A stretch of DNA of 64,000 bases from contig NC_086097.1 of the NCBI RefSeq assembly GCF_963921235.1, forward strand, positions 243,042,001 through 243,106,000, in the 5' to 3' direction. The position numbers were made by a program, and so were the translations under genes. Source of the DNA: Mobula hypostoma (taxonomy: Eukaryota). Below the pieces are notes generated by a model. The model saw nothing but the letters and a program-made list of their open reading frames with translations, was not told the origin of the DNA and did no database searches. Shown piece after piece: positions 50,816 through 63,019 of this stretch (the stretch's first letter is position 1; the number at the start of each line of letters is the position of its first letter).

Positions 50816-52565
50816 AACCAGAATCAGAATTAGAGTCAGGTTTATTATCACGGGCATGTGACGTGAAATTTGTTAATTTAGCAGCAGCAGTTCAATGCAA
50901 CACATAATCTAGCAGAGAAAAAAATATTAAACAAAATAAAAATAAGAATAATAAATAAACAAGTAAATCAATTACAGTATATGTATATTGAATAGATCAA
51001 AAACATACAAAAACAGAAATACTGTATATTTTTTAAAAGTGAGGTAGTGTCCAAGGGCTCAATGTCCATTTAGGAATCAGATGGCAGAGGGGAAGAAGCT
51101 GTTCTTGAATCGCTGAGTGTGTGCCTTCAGGCTTCAGTACCTCCTACCTGATGGTAACAGTGAAAACAGTGAGCACGACCTGGGTGCTGGAGGTCCTTAA
51201 TAATGGACGCTGCCTTTCTGAGACACCGCTCCCTGAAGATGTCCTGGGTACTTTGTAGGCTAGTACCCAAGATGGAGCCGACCAGATTTACAATCTTCTG
51301 CAGCTTCTTTCAGTCCTGTGCAGTAGCCCCTCCATACCAGACAGTGATGCAGCCTGTCAGAATGCTCTCCATGGTACATAGAACATATAATATAATATAA
51401 TATAATAGTACAATATAATATAATATAATAGAATAGAATAGTACAGGCCCTTCGGCCCACATTGTTGTGCCGACCCTCAAACCCTGCCTCCCATATAACC
51501 CCCCAACTTAAATTCCTCCATATACCTGTCTAGTAGTCTCTTAAATTTCACTAGTGAATCTGCCTCCACCACTGACTCAGGCAGTGTATTCCACGCACCA
51601 ACCACTCTCTGAGTAAAAAACCTTCCTCTAATATCTCCCTTGAACTTCCCACCCCTTACCTTAAAGCCATGTCTTCTTGTATTGAGCAGTGGTGTCCTGG
51701 GGAAGAAGCACTGGCTATCTACTCTATCTATTCCTCTTAATATCTTGTATACCTCTATCATGTCTCCTCTCATTCTCCTTCTCTCCAAAGAGTAAAGACC
51801 TAGCTCCCTTAATCTCTGATCATAATCCATACTCTCTAAACCAGGCAGCATCCTGGTAAGTCTCCTCTGTACCTTTTCCAATGCTTCCACATCCTTCCTA
51901 TAGTGAGGTGACCAGAACTGGACACAGTACTCCAAGTGTGGCCAAACCAGAGTTCTATAGAGCTGCATCATTACCTTGCGACTCTTAAACTCTATCCCTC
52001 GACTTATGAAATCTAACACTCCATAAGCTTTCTTAACTACCCTATCCACCTGTGAGGCAGCTTTCAGGGATCTGTGGACATGTACCCCCAGATCCCTCTG
52101 CTCCTCCTCACTACCAAGTATTCTGCCGTTTACTTTGTACTCTGCCTTGGAGTTTGTCCTTCCAAAGTGTACCACCTCACACTTCTCTGGGTTGAACTCC
52201 ATCTGCCACTTCTCAGCCCACTTCTGCATCCTATCAATGTCTCTCTGCAATCTTTGACAATCCTCTACACTATCTACAACACCACCAATACAATGGAGGT
52301 AATGTTCATGGGTTCAGAAATCAGATGCTGGAGGGGAAGGAGTTGTTCTTAAAATGTTAAGCGTGTGTCTTGATTGGTACAATTATAGAAGTTTTTGAGT
52401 GTATTTGTTGACATGCTGAATCTCTTCAAACTCCTAATGAAGTATAGCCACTGTCTTGCCTTCTTTATAACTACATTGATATGTTGGGATCAGGTTAGAT
52501 CCTCAGAGATCTTGACACCCAGGAACTTGAAACGCTCACTCTCTCCACTTCTGATCCCTCTGTGA
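50816..52565 (-). mobile_element. Rex-Babar-like LINE split by CR1
   Basis: 50816-51378 is nearly the reverse complement of 1-466; resumes at ~52375-52565. Confidence 0.75.
51378..52288 (-). mobile_element. young 5'-truncated CR1 with expanded (ATATA/ATAGA)n tail
   Basis: ORF 51477-52250 is almost identical to the 3' part of the 8386-12826 copy. Confidence 0.92.
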
Positions 52566-52999
52566 GGATTGGTTTGCACTACTTATTTAATTTAACTATT
52601 GAATATATACTTACTGTAATTCACAGCTTTTTCTGTTATTATGTATTGCATTGTACTGCTGCGATGAAATTAACTAATTTCATGACAAATGCTAGTGATA
52701 TTAAACCTGATTCTGACTCGTCAGGGAGGAGGGTACAGGAGCCTAAAGACACACGCTCACCATCTTAAGAACAACTCCTTCCCCTCCACCATCTGATTTT
52801 TGAACCCATGAACATTACCTCCATTGTATTGCTTTGCTTTTTAGATAGATAGGTACTTCATTGCTCTCAAAGTTAATTACAGTGTCACATAGCATTACAA
52901 GTGCACAGATAAAAATATTAGAAGAGAAGCAGAAAGAATAATAATAAAAAGTTATCACAAGCAGTCTAACAGGAAGGGGTCATCAGACATTTCAAGAAA

Positions 53000-53943
53000 G
53001 CTCCTCACCAATGGATGAGCTGAAAGGTTCATCTAAAACTTCAAGAAGTCCATTGGAGTGATGGACAAGGAGGACACGTCTATGCAGCACAAGGTCAACA
53101 TCTTCCTTTTTGTGTATTGGAACTCTGTTCATGCGACGACAAATCAAACACCTGCAGTACCGTTCATGAACAGGAATCTGAGATCTCGCATAGACCTCCT
53201 GAAACCAGATCTATGTAGGGAAGTGCAGAATAAACATTTCACCCTGTTGCCAAGTGAAGCAGCAAGGAGCTTTGAGATTGGACGGGAAGTCCTAGTGCGT
53301 GATCACTGAGAAGACAAGTGGACACCTGTTAGGATAGCTACAAGAACTAGACTACTACTGTACATGGTGAATGTTGGAGATCAGACATGGAGACATCATG
53401 CAGGCCAAATACTGGATGCTCAACAAAAGAACACACCTGAGTTGATTGCATGCAACAAGATGATGCACTGCAGTCACTGGACTTGCCTCTCATGATCATG
53501 TTACTGACAGCAACGTGACACCAGAAACCAAGAACGTTGTCTTAGACAAGCCACCCACCAAACCTGATGCCGCTCCACAGGCCCAGAGGCGCTATGCTGA
53601 AAGAAACAGAGCGCCACCCAAAAGACTGAACCTTTAGAACTGTGAAGTTAGTTATGAACAGCTATTGTGAAAGCATGTTTATTTGGAATATGTGTTTATG
53701 AAGGGGAAATTGAATGTTTTGTACATATACAGTTTTATGTTGCATTAATTGAAAGGGGGAGGAAGTGTACTGTATGGATCTATTTCTTTTAGAGCAGTGA
53801 CACCCCCCAGCATGACATAGTGATCTGTTGACTGCAGATGCACGTTGTTCTCTCTCTCACTACAGTGTGAATACAGCAGTTATAGCCATCTCCTGCATGT
53901 GTGTTTTTATTTAATATATATGTAGCTGTGCACAGATACAACA
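53000..53943 (+). mobile_element. degraded Gypsy integrase 3' end + PPT + short LTR
   Basis: FLFVYWNSVHATTNQTPA...LRSRIDLLKP; PPT gaaagggggaggaag, then tgtactgtat...atacaaca (~53766-53943). Confidence 0.7.
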
Positions 53944-55036
53944 TTAGGCCTGTTGACTTAGCCAACAGGATTTGCCGTGTGAACATTTTGGCCATTAAGA
54001 TGCCCCTGAAAAGAATGTTTAGCCATTTTCTATAGAGAGTGTGGGATCAAAGAAAATAGAGGGGCAGAGCACAAGGCGTTTACCAAAACAACAGCAAAGT
54101 AAAGAGGTAGGCTCAAACAGCAAATGTGGAGATAGGGACATCCCAAAGACGTGTCCTGCTTATGGAAAGATGTGCAAAACTTGTGGGAAGAAGAATCATT
54201 TTGCAAAGTGCTGCAAAGCTGGGACTACCAAGAGAAAGGTGCACATAGTTGCTGAGGAAATGCATGAAGTCTTTGTAGATTTGTACAGACCATTGATGCT
54301 GGTAAGACAGAATGGATTGTTCCAGTGGCTGTGAATGAGACAGTAATTCCGTTTAATCTTGACACTGGTGAATCTGATGTCTATGGGTGATTATAAGACT
54401 CTCAAAGTAAAGAGCAAGATTTACTCAGAGAAGTTAAGAGTGACAAGCTGCACTGGAGAAAACATTCCAGTAAAAAAGGGCTGTATGGTGACCTTCAAGC
54501 ACAAGGGGAAGTGTCTAAAAGCACAGCTACTGATTGGAGAAAAGAGAGTACAGCCAGTAATAGGTCTGAGTGTATGTGAAAAGCTCAGCCTGGTGAAAAG
54601 AGCTTTTGCTGTGGCTGCAGAGACCAAAGAAGACTATACTTCAGTTATGGAAGTGTACGCAAATGTCTTTGAAGGGCTAGGATGCTTACGTGATTTAAAT
54701 TGAGAAACTCGTAACTGCATCTATGAGAGCCCCAGAGAGGTTATGCAAGAGAAGCACAGGGACTCCACTTTCCATAGACATCAGTACCAGCTGCACCGGC
54801 ATGATCGTCAGGATCCCTGTGCTGAACAGAGTGGTCACGATGAAAGAGTCTCCAGTCTTGCTTCTACATCATGCATCTGCAGTTCAAAATCTGTCTCTTG
54901 ACTTCCAGTTAAAGACTGGAAATCAAAAATATCTCCTCGATCCTCTCTGAAGTTGAAGAGGAAAAGTAAGAAGTGCGGAGACCGCACAGAACCAAACAGC
55001 AACAGTTCAACACAAACCAATAGGAGGAGTTGCTAG

Positions 55037-56700
55037 TAGCACACACAAAATGCAGGAGGAACTCAAGCAGGCCAGGCAGCACCTATGGAAAAGAGTGTAG
55101 ACGATGTTTCGGGCCGAGACTCTTCAGCAGGACCGTGTAGTGTCGCCTCACCTGGAAGGACTGTTTGGGCCTTGAATGGTAGTGGGGGAGGAGGTGTAGG
55201 GGCAGGTATAACAAGGATACATGCCAGGAGGGAGATCAGTGTGAAGGGAGACACATAAGAAGTGATCCCTGCAGAAAGTAGAAGGGGAGGGAGGGAATGA
55301 TGTGCTTGGTAGTGGGATCCTGTTGGAGATGGCGAAGTTGCGGAGAGTAATGTGCTGGACACGGAGGCTGGTGGTGCGGCAAGTGAGGACAGGCAGAACC
55401 CTATCCCTGGAGGGTTGTTGGGAGGTTGGGGTGAGGACAGATGTGCGAAATGGAAGAGATGTGGTTGAGGGCAGCTTTGATGGTGGAGGAAGGGAAGCCT
55501 CTTTCTTTGAAGAAGGAGGACATCTCCTTAGTTCTGGAATGAAAAGCCTCATCCTGAGACCAGATGCAGCAGAGACAGAGTAATTGAGACAAGAGGATGG
55601 CGTTTATACAAAAGGTAATTGATAAGTTCGTGGCCTACGGCAGAAGGAGATGAGTTATACAGATCTTGTTACATGCACATGCAGTTCAACTCTTTGAGTG
55701 ATTATGCAGAAAGTTTGAAGTTAATAACCCATCAAGGGTGATTGATAAGTTCGTGGCCCAAGGTAGAAGGAGATGAGTTATTAACTTCAAACTTTCTGCA
55801 TAATCACTCAAAGAGTTGAACTGCATGCGCATGTAACAAGAGCTGTATAACTCATCTCCTTCTATCTTAGGCCACGAACTTATCAATCACCCCTGCTGTG
55901 GACACCTTCTGGAGGTCCAAGATCCGTATGCTTCACGACCGCTGGACCAAGTGTGTAAATGTAGCAGGGAACTATGTTGAAAAGTAAATGTGCTAGGTTT
56001 TCTAAAATTGACTCCTTCTACCTTAGGCCACAAACTTATCAGTCATCCCTCATACAAGTAACAGTGTGGGACAAGGTATAGTCCAGGTGGCTGTGAGAGC
56101 CAGTGGGTTTATAATAGACATCATTATATAAACTGTCTCCAGATATAGAGACAGAGAGATTGCGAAAGAGGAGGGAGGTGATGGTGTAGCATAGGAAGAT
56201 TTGGGGAATGATACCAGTGTAGGCTTGGGACATAGATTGTTCCACATAGCAGACAAAAAGGCAGGCACAACTGGGATCCATGCGAGAGTCCATGGCTATA
56301 CCTTCTGTGTGAAGAAAGTGGGAGGAGCCAATGGAGAAATTATTGAGAGTGAGGACAAGTTCCACCAGACAGAGGCGAGTGGAGTGGAGGGGAATAATTG
56401 GGTCTGGTGTTCAGAAAGAAACAGACAGCTTTGAAGTCTTCCTGGTGGGAGATGGAGGTGTGAAGGGACTGGACATCCATAGTGAAAATAAGATCATCGG
56501 GACCAGGGAACTTGAAAACATTCAGGAGATCAAAGTGTGTGTAATCTCACGGATGTAAGTTGGAAGAGATTGAAACAGAGAGGATAAAACTGAGTCAAGG
56601 TATGCAGATATAAGTTTACTGGGACAGGAACAAGTAGAAACAATGGGTCTACCTGGACAGGCAGGTTTGTGGATCTTGGGTAGAAGGTAGAAACAGACAA
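55037..56700 (-). mobile_element. degraded Penelope-like element split by a mariner derivative
   Basis: ELVLTLNNFS...GIAM...YVEQ (RT), YYKPTGSHSHLDY, SQDEAFHSRTKEMSSFFKERGFP; pLTR end at ~55040-55135. Confidence 0.85.
55609..56052 (+). mobile_element. non-autonomous mariner derivative with TA TSD and internal palindrome
   Basis: TA at 55607-55608 and 56053-56054; TIR core attgataagttcgtggcc; IRMLHDRWTKCVNVAGNYVEK* at 55922-55987. Confidence 0.85.
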
Positions 56701-58411
56701 ACAGATAGGATCTTAGCAGAATGATGTGAAAGAAAGGAACATGTTGATCAGAGTTCTCAAAAGGACACTCATATTAATGGAGCAAATGAAAGCAAGACCT
56801 CTGTGGAAATAAATAGCAGACCAAAACATATTATTAAACCACCACAGAGACTGATTGAGAGTTGTTGAACGAATAAGGGACTGTATTTGCTCATTACAAT
56901 TGAAGTTAATGTAAATATCTGTGTTGGAAAGCATTATTGTTTCTTGCAGGTTTATGAGAACATAATGTGTTGGTTTTTCTTTAAAGGGGGAAGATGTGCT
57001 ATTATGTGTGTACATAAAAAGAACTTCAGCTCTCATTGCGCAACGCAGGGTGAACAGCCTCTGAAGGGACATTGAGGAACTGATTGCACTCACTCATATT
57101 GTGTTGAAGCCATGAGCTGGTCGCAAGAATTCACTGGAGCTAGAACCATTACTGTAAACAAATATGAGTTAGTTTTGCTTACGCTAAGTTTGTCTTTTAT
57201 CAAGAACAAACACAGCAGCTGGCTCTTAATGAAGGGGAGAGGGAAGAAATGAAAAGCCAGGCATGCCCCACCATAGAGGACATCTTCAAGAGGTTGAGAC
57301 TCAAGAAATTTGCATCCATCATTGAACACCCTCACCATCTGGAACATGCCCTGTTGCTGTTCATACCATTCAGGAGAAGGTATAGGAGTCTGAAAACCCA
57401 CACTCAGCATTTTAGAAACAGTTATTTCCCCTCCACTATCAGATTTCTGAATGGTCAATGAATCCATAAACTTTACACCATTATTTGTCTTTGCATTATT
57501 TATTTATTTATTGTCATATAAATTTGGTCACATAGGTGTAATTGGGTGGCGTGGTCTCATTGGGCTGGAAGAGTCTGTTACTATGTTGTATTCCTCAGTA
57601 AGCTATAGCAATTTTCTATCTTGCACTATACTGCTGCTGCAAAAACAGCTTTCAGTATGTTTTTAAAACATACTGTTTGCAAAAAATGTTTGCGATTCTG
57701 TTTTTGATTCTGCAGAAAGGGATTAACATCCTTTGGAATTGATGTCATTACTTGTGCTTTTGATGTGGAAATCATGTTCATTTGCAGTAATGGCCCATGG
57801 CAAGAAATGTCTTACTCAGTTTTCCAGGAATTGTGAGGTAACACGGATAGGCTCCTGTAATTTTCACTCCCAAGAAGATACTTCAACTGTGTTGTGTTAA
57901 GAAAAGTGCACATAATGCAATTGAATGCCTGGGCACCACAGACACGAAGTGTCCTTTCAGAGCAATAAGACTCACAGATCCTGCATCAAGCTTAATTAAG
58001 CTCAGGACAGGAATCATGGGAGAATCGTCTCCCTTTGCAACTCTCTAATGCTCGATGATTATGATTAACAATATCAGAAAATTCTTTCAAAGATAGTAAT
58101 TTCTCATAGAATGTAACATCTCTCTGGTAGTGAAGACATTCTCATTAGCTAACTTGATCCAGCTGAGCTGGGTGCAAGGGTATCAAAGGTTACGGGGAAA
58201 AAGTAGGAGAATGGGTTTGATTATTATGCTCCCATGTCTTATCATCTTGTGGTCTGATTTGTCATGCTGCTACCAGATGCTATTCAAACAACTCATAGCA
58301 GAACTCTTAGAAGTAGTCTGCAAAATCTCACCTTTATTTTTACCAGACATGTTTCTGTTGCATTCATACATCTTCCCAGTGAAACATTAATCAGCCATGG
58401 TATCAACTGGC

Positions 58412-58720
58412 AACGGTACGGTAGCATAGCTATGCTATTACAGCTCGAGGCGTTCTGGAGTTCGGAGTTCAATTCCTGCGCCATTATGTAAGGAGTCTCT
58501 GTACGTCCTCCTTGCAGAATGTGTGGGTTTTCCCTGGGTGCTCCCGTTTCTCCCACAGTCCAAAGGTATACCAGGAAAGTTAATTGGCCACTGTAAATAA
58601 TCCCATGATTACATTAAGGTTAATTAGGGTTGTCGGGGGTTGCTGGGATGGCATGGCTCGAAAGGGCTGAAAGAGCCTACTCTGTGCTGTATTGATAAAA
58701 TAAACAAATAAATAAATAAG
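58412..58720 (+). mobile_element. V-SINE-like SINE
   Basis: B box gagttcaattc; core gtgggttttccctgggtgctcccgtttctcccacagtccaaa; (TAAA)n tail. Confidence 0.7.
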
Positions 58721-59049
58721 AATCTGTGACTATGGGTCTAGATTTTATTTTTCAGCATTTCCCAAAATGCATGACGCTCTCAGCCCAGATGCAGGGTCTC
58801 AACATGAAACGTTAGCCATAATTTTGTCTTTACAGATGCTGTTTGACACATTGAAATCTTCAGCAGTTAGTCTGCTAGAATGTCAAAAATAGAGCAGTAC
58901 AGCAAAGCGGAGGCCCACTAGCCCACAACATAGACCAAAGAACACATAGTGGAGGCCCCCAGCCCACAATGTTAAAAACATACAATACGTATCTTAAATG
59001 CATTCTTTGCATCTGTATTTACTCAGGATACAGAGTCTATAGACATAAG

Positions 59050-60610
59050 GCAAAGCAGCATCAACTTCATGGACCCTGTACAGATTACAGAGGAGTATTT
59101 GGTATCCTGAGGCAAATCAGGGTGGATAAATCCCCAGGGCCTGACAAGGTGTTTCCTCGGCCCCTACAGGAGGCAAGTGCAGAAATTGCTGGGGCACTAG
59201 CAGAGATATTTAATACATCTTTAGTGACAGGAGAGATACCAGAGGATTGGAGGATAGCCAGTGTTTTTCCCCTGTTTAAACAAGGCTCTCAATAAAAACC
59301 AGGAAACTATAGGCCGGTGAGTCTGACATCAGTTGTGGAAAAGTTATTGGAAGGTATTCTAAGGGACCAGGTATATGTATTTGGACAGACATGGACTGAT
59401 TAAGGATAGTCAGCATGGCTTTGTGCATGGTAGCTCATGACTAACCAATCTTCTAGAGTTTTTCCAGGAAGTTACCAGGAAAATGGATGAAGGCAAGGCA
59501 GTGGATGTGTCTACATAGACCTTAGTTAGGCACTTGACAAAGTCCCACATGGGAGACTAGTCAAGAAGGTTCAGTAACTTGGCATTCAAGATAAAGCAGG
59601 AAATTAGATTAGACATTGACTTTGTAGGAGAAGCCAGAGGGTTGCTTCTCTGACTGGAGGCCTATAACTAATGGTGTGCCGCAGAGATCAGTTCATGGTC
59701 CTTTGTTGTTTGACATCTATATCAATGATCTGGATGATAATGTGGTTAACTGGATCTGCAAATTTGCAGATGACGCCAAGCTTGGGGGAGGCGGGTGGAC
59801 AGTAAGGAAGGCTGTCATGACTTGCAGATGGAATTTAATGCAGACAAGTGTGAGGTTTTGCACATTGATAGGGCCAACAGGGCAGGTCTTACATGGTGAA
59901 CGGTAGGGCACTGAAGAGTGTGGTAAAACAAAGGGAATACAGCTCCATAGATCATTGAATGTGGTGTCACAGGTAGATAGGGTCATAAAGAAAGCTTTTG
60001 GCACATTGGCCTTCATAAATCAATGCATTAGGAACAGAAGACATGATGTTATGTCGAAGTACTATAAGGCATTGGAGGGGCCTAATTTGGAATATTGTGT
60101 GCAGGAAAGATGTAAACAAGGTTGAAAGAGTGCAAAGAAAATTTACAAGGATGTTGCTGGATCTGGAGGACCTGAGTTATAAGGAAATATTGAATAGGTT
60201 AGGACTGTTTTCTTTAGAATAGAGTATAGAAGATTGAGAGGGGATTTGACAGAGGTGTACAAAATTATGAGGGGTATAGGTAGGGCAATTGCAAGCAGGC
60301 TTTTTCCACTGATGTTGGATGGGACTACAACTAGAGGTCATGGGTTAAGGGTGAAAGGTGAAAAGTTTAAGAGTAACATAAAGGGAAACTTCCTCACTCA
60401 GAGGGTTGTGAGAGTGTGGAATGAGCAGCCAGCATAAGTGGTTCATGCAAGCTCAATTTCAACGTTTAAGAGAAGTTTGTATAGGTACATGGATGGTAGG
60501 GATATGGAGGGCTATGGCCCCAGTGCAGGTCGATGGGAGTGGGCAGTTTAAATGGTTTGGCTCAGACTAGATGGGCCGAAGGGCCTGTTTCTGTGCTGTA
60601 CTTTTCTACA
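59050..60610 (+). mobile_element. degraded CR1 RT and 3' end
   Basis: VDKSPGPD...PEDWRIA; YINDLD...KFADD; RGHGLRVKG; 3' UTR. Confidence 0.88.
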
Positions 60611-60624
60611 ATTCAATGAGTCTA

Positions 60625-61045
60625 TAGGATAATCCATAATAACTGTCCAGATATATTGTAATATTACAGGATAAAGAGGCAAGAAAACCTTAATTAATAG
60701 ATATAGCCATTCCAAATACATATAACATCCAGAAAACAATGAGTTAAAAACACCAGGAATATGTTGAATTAAAAGAGGAAATGGAAAGCCTATGGAACAT
60801 GAACAGGGTATACATTATCCTAATGGTAATATCTACAACTGGTATCATCCTTAAGTCACTAGACTATTGTATAAACAATTAGGCCTACACAGCAATATTT
60901 ATAAAAAGCTTCAGAAAGCCATAATACTAAACACCATTAGAATAGTCCCAAAGTTCCCTGCAATTGAGAAATTAGTGTGCTTGGCTGTGCAGGGTTTACA
61001 ATTTGGGCTGACAGATAAAGTTAAAATAGAATAATAATAATAAAA
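60625..61045 (+). mobile_element. R4/Dong-like RLE non-LTR retrotransposon 3' fragment
   Basis: NNCPDI..LIDIAIPNTYN...EYVELKEEMESLWNM..VYIILMVISTTGII...LQKAIILNTIRIV; followed by (TAA)n. Confidence 0.7.
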
Positions 61046-61489
61046 TCAACAAACAAACAAAACTGAGGACATGAGGCATAAAGTCCTTGAAAGTGAGTCC
61101 ATAGGTTGTGGAGTCAGTTCAGAGTTGAGGTGAATGAAGTTATCTACACTGGATCAGGAGCCTGATGGTTGGAGGGTAATAACTGCACCTGAACCTGGTG
61201 GTGTGGCAGCTAAGGCACCCGTAACTCCTTCCCAATGGCAGCAGTGAGAACAGAGAATGGCCTGAGTGGTGGGGTCCTTTGTTTTGGTACTGCTCCTTGT
61301 AGATGTGCTCTATGGTGGGAAGGGCTTTTCCTGTGATGGACTGGGCTGCATGCACCACTTTTAGTCGGGTTTCCATTTTTGGACATTGGTGCTTCCCTGA
61401 CAGGCCATGATGTAACCACTGAGCATCTACAGAAGACTGTCAAAGTTTTAGATGACATGCCAAATCTGCACAAACTTCTAAGAAAGTAG

Positions 61490-62725
61490 AGGTCACAAGT
61501 AGGACAGATAAAGGGGGTGCAGTGGATGTTGTATATTTGAATTTTCAGAAGGCCTTTAACAAGGTGCCACACATGAAACTGCTTACCAAGTTAAGAGCCC
61601 ATGGTATTAAAGGAAAACCACTAACATGGTTAGAGCATTGCCTGATTGGTAGGAGCCAGCAAGTGGGAATAAAAGGATCCTTTTCTCATTGGCTGACAGT
61701 GATCATTGGTGTTCCACAGGGGTTGGTGTTGGGACCACTTCTTTTTATGCTGTATATAAATGATTTAGATGATGGAACAGACGGCTTTGTCGCCAAGTTT
61801 GCAGATGATACGGAGATTGGTAGAGGGGCAGGTAGTGTTGAGGAAATAGGTAGGCTGCAGAAGGACTTAGACAGATTAGGAGAATGGGCAAGAAAGTGGC
61901 AAATGAAATACAATGTTGTAAAATGCATGGTCATGCACTTTGGTGGTAGAGATAAATGTGCAGACTATTTTCTAAATGGGGAGAAAATCCGAAATTCTGA
62001 GACGCAAAAGGACTTGGGAATTATTGAGCGGAACACCCTAAAGATTAACTTGCAGGTAGAGTCAGTGGTGAGGAAGGCAAATGCAATGTTAGCATTTATT
62101 TCAAGAGGTCTAGAATACAAGAGCAGGAATGTGATGCTGAGGTTTTATAAGGCTCTGTTGAGGCCTCATCTTGAGTATTGTGAACAGATTTGGGCTCCTC
62201 ATTGAAGAAAAGATATGCTGGCATTGGAGAGGGTTCAGAGGCGGATCACAAGGAAGATTCCAGGAATGAAAGGGTTATCATATGAGGAACATTTGATAGT
62301 TCTGGGTCTGTACTCATTGGAATTTAGAAGGATAAGGGGGGAATCTCATTGAAACCTTTTGAATATTGAAGTAGATGTGGAAAGATGTTTCCCATGGTAG
62401 GGGAGTCTAGGACAAGAGGACATAGCCTCAGGATAGAGGGTCGTCCATTTAAAAAAGAGATATGGTGAAATTTCTTTAGCCAGAGGGTGGTGAATTTCTG
62501 GAATTTATCACCACGGGCAGCTGTGGAGGCCAGGTTATTAGATGTATTTAAGGCAGAGCTTGACAGGTTCCTGATTGGACACAGCATCAAAGGTTACAGG
62601 AAGATGTTGGGGAGTGGGGCTGAGGAGGGAAAAATAGGATCGGCCATGATTGAATGGTGGAGCAGACTCAATGGGCCAAATGGCCTAATTCTGCTCATAT
62701 GTCTTAAGGCCTTATGGTCTTATTT
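61490..62725 (+). mobile_element. CR1 RT and 3' end
   Basis: ORF 61522-62205 VVYLNFQKAFNKVPH...KFADDT...RPHLEYC. Confidence 0.9.
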
Positions 62726-63019
62726 GATAGATCTCAATGAGATCCCCCCCCCCCCATACTTGTAAACTCCAGTGAGTACAGGCCCAGAGCCATCAAACAG
62801 TCCTCATACTCTAACCGTTTCATTCCCAGAGTTATTTTCATGAACATCCTCAAATCTTATTGTTATTTAACTATCCATGAATACTCATGAATACAGCTAA
62901 ATGGAACAGCGTTACTCCAGGGCCAAGATGCAAAACGTAGTACCAACACAGCACAAAGCACATATAGGATATCAGTAACACACAATCACACAAATAAAAA
63001 TATATTTTTATATTGTGGA

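Larger units (their letters stand above)
54030..57217 (+). mobile_element. degraded, internally deleted Gypsy element split by a Penelope-like insertion
   Basis: CPAYGKMCKTCGKKNHFAKCC knuckle, FNLDTG protease; later RPKHIIKPPQRLIESC*, PPT aaagggggaaga and an LTR-like segment at ~56995-57217. Confidence 0.6.

Noticed and set aside
54700..55030. Short ORFs as a host exon
   Set aside because: No recognisable protein in any frame I read, and the segment lies within a degraded Gypsy region.
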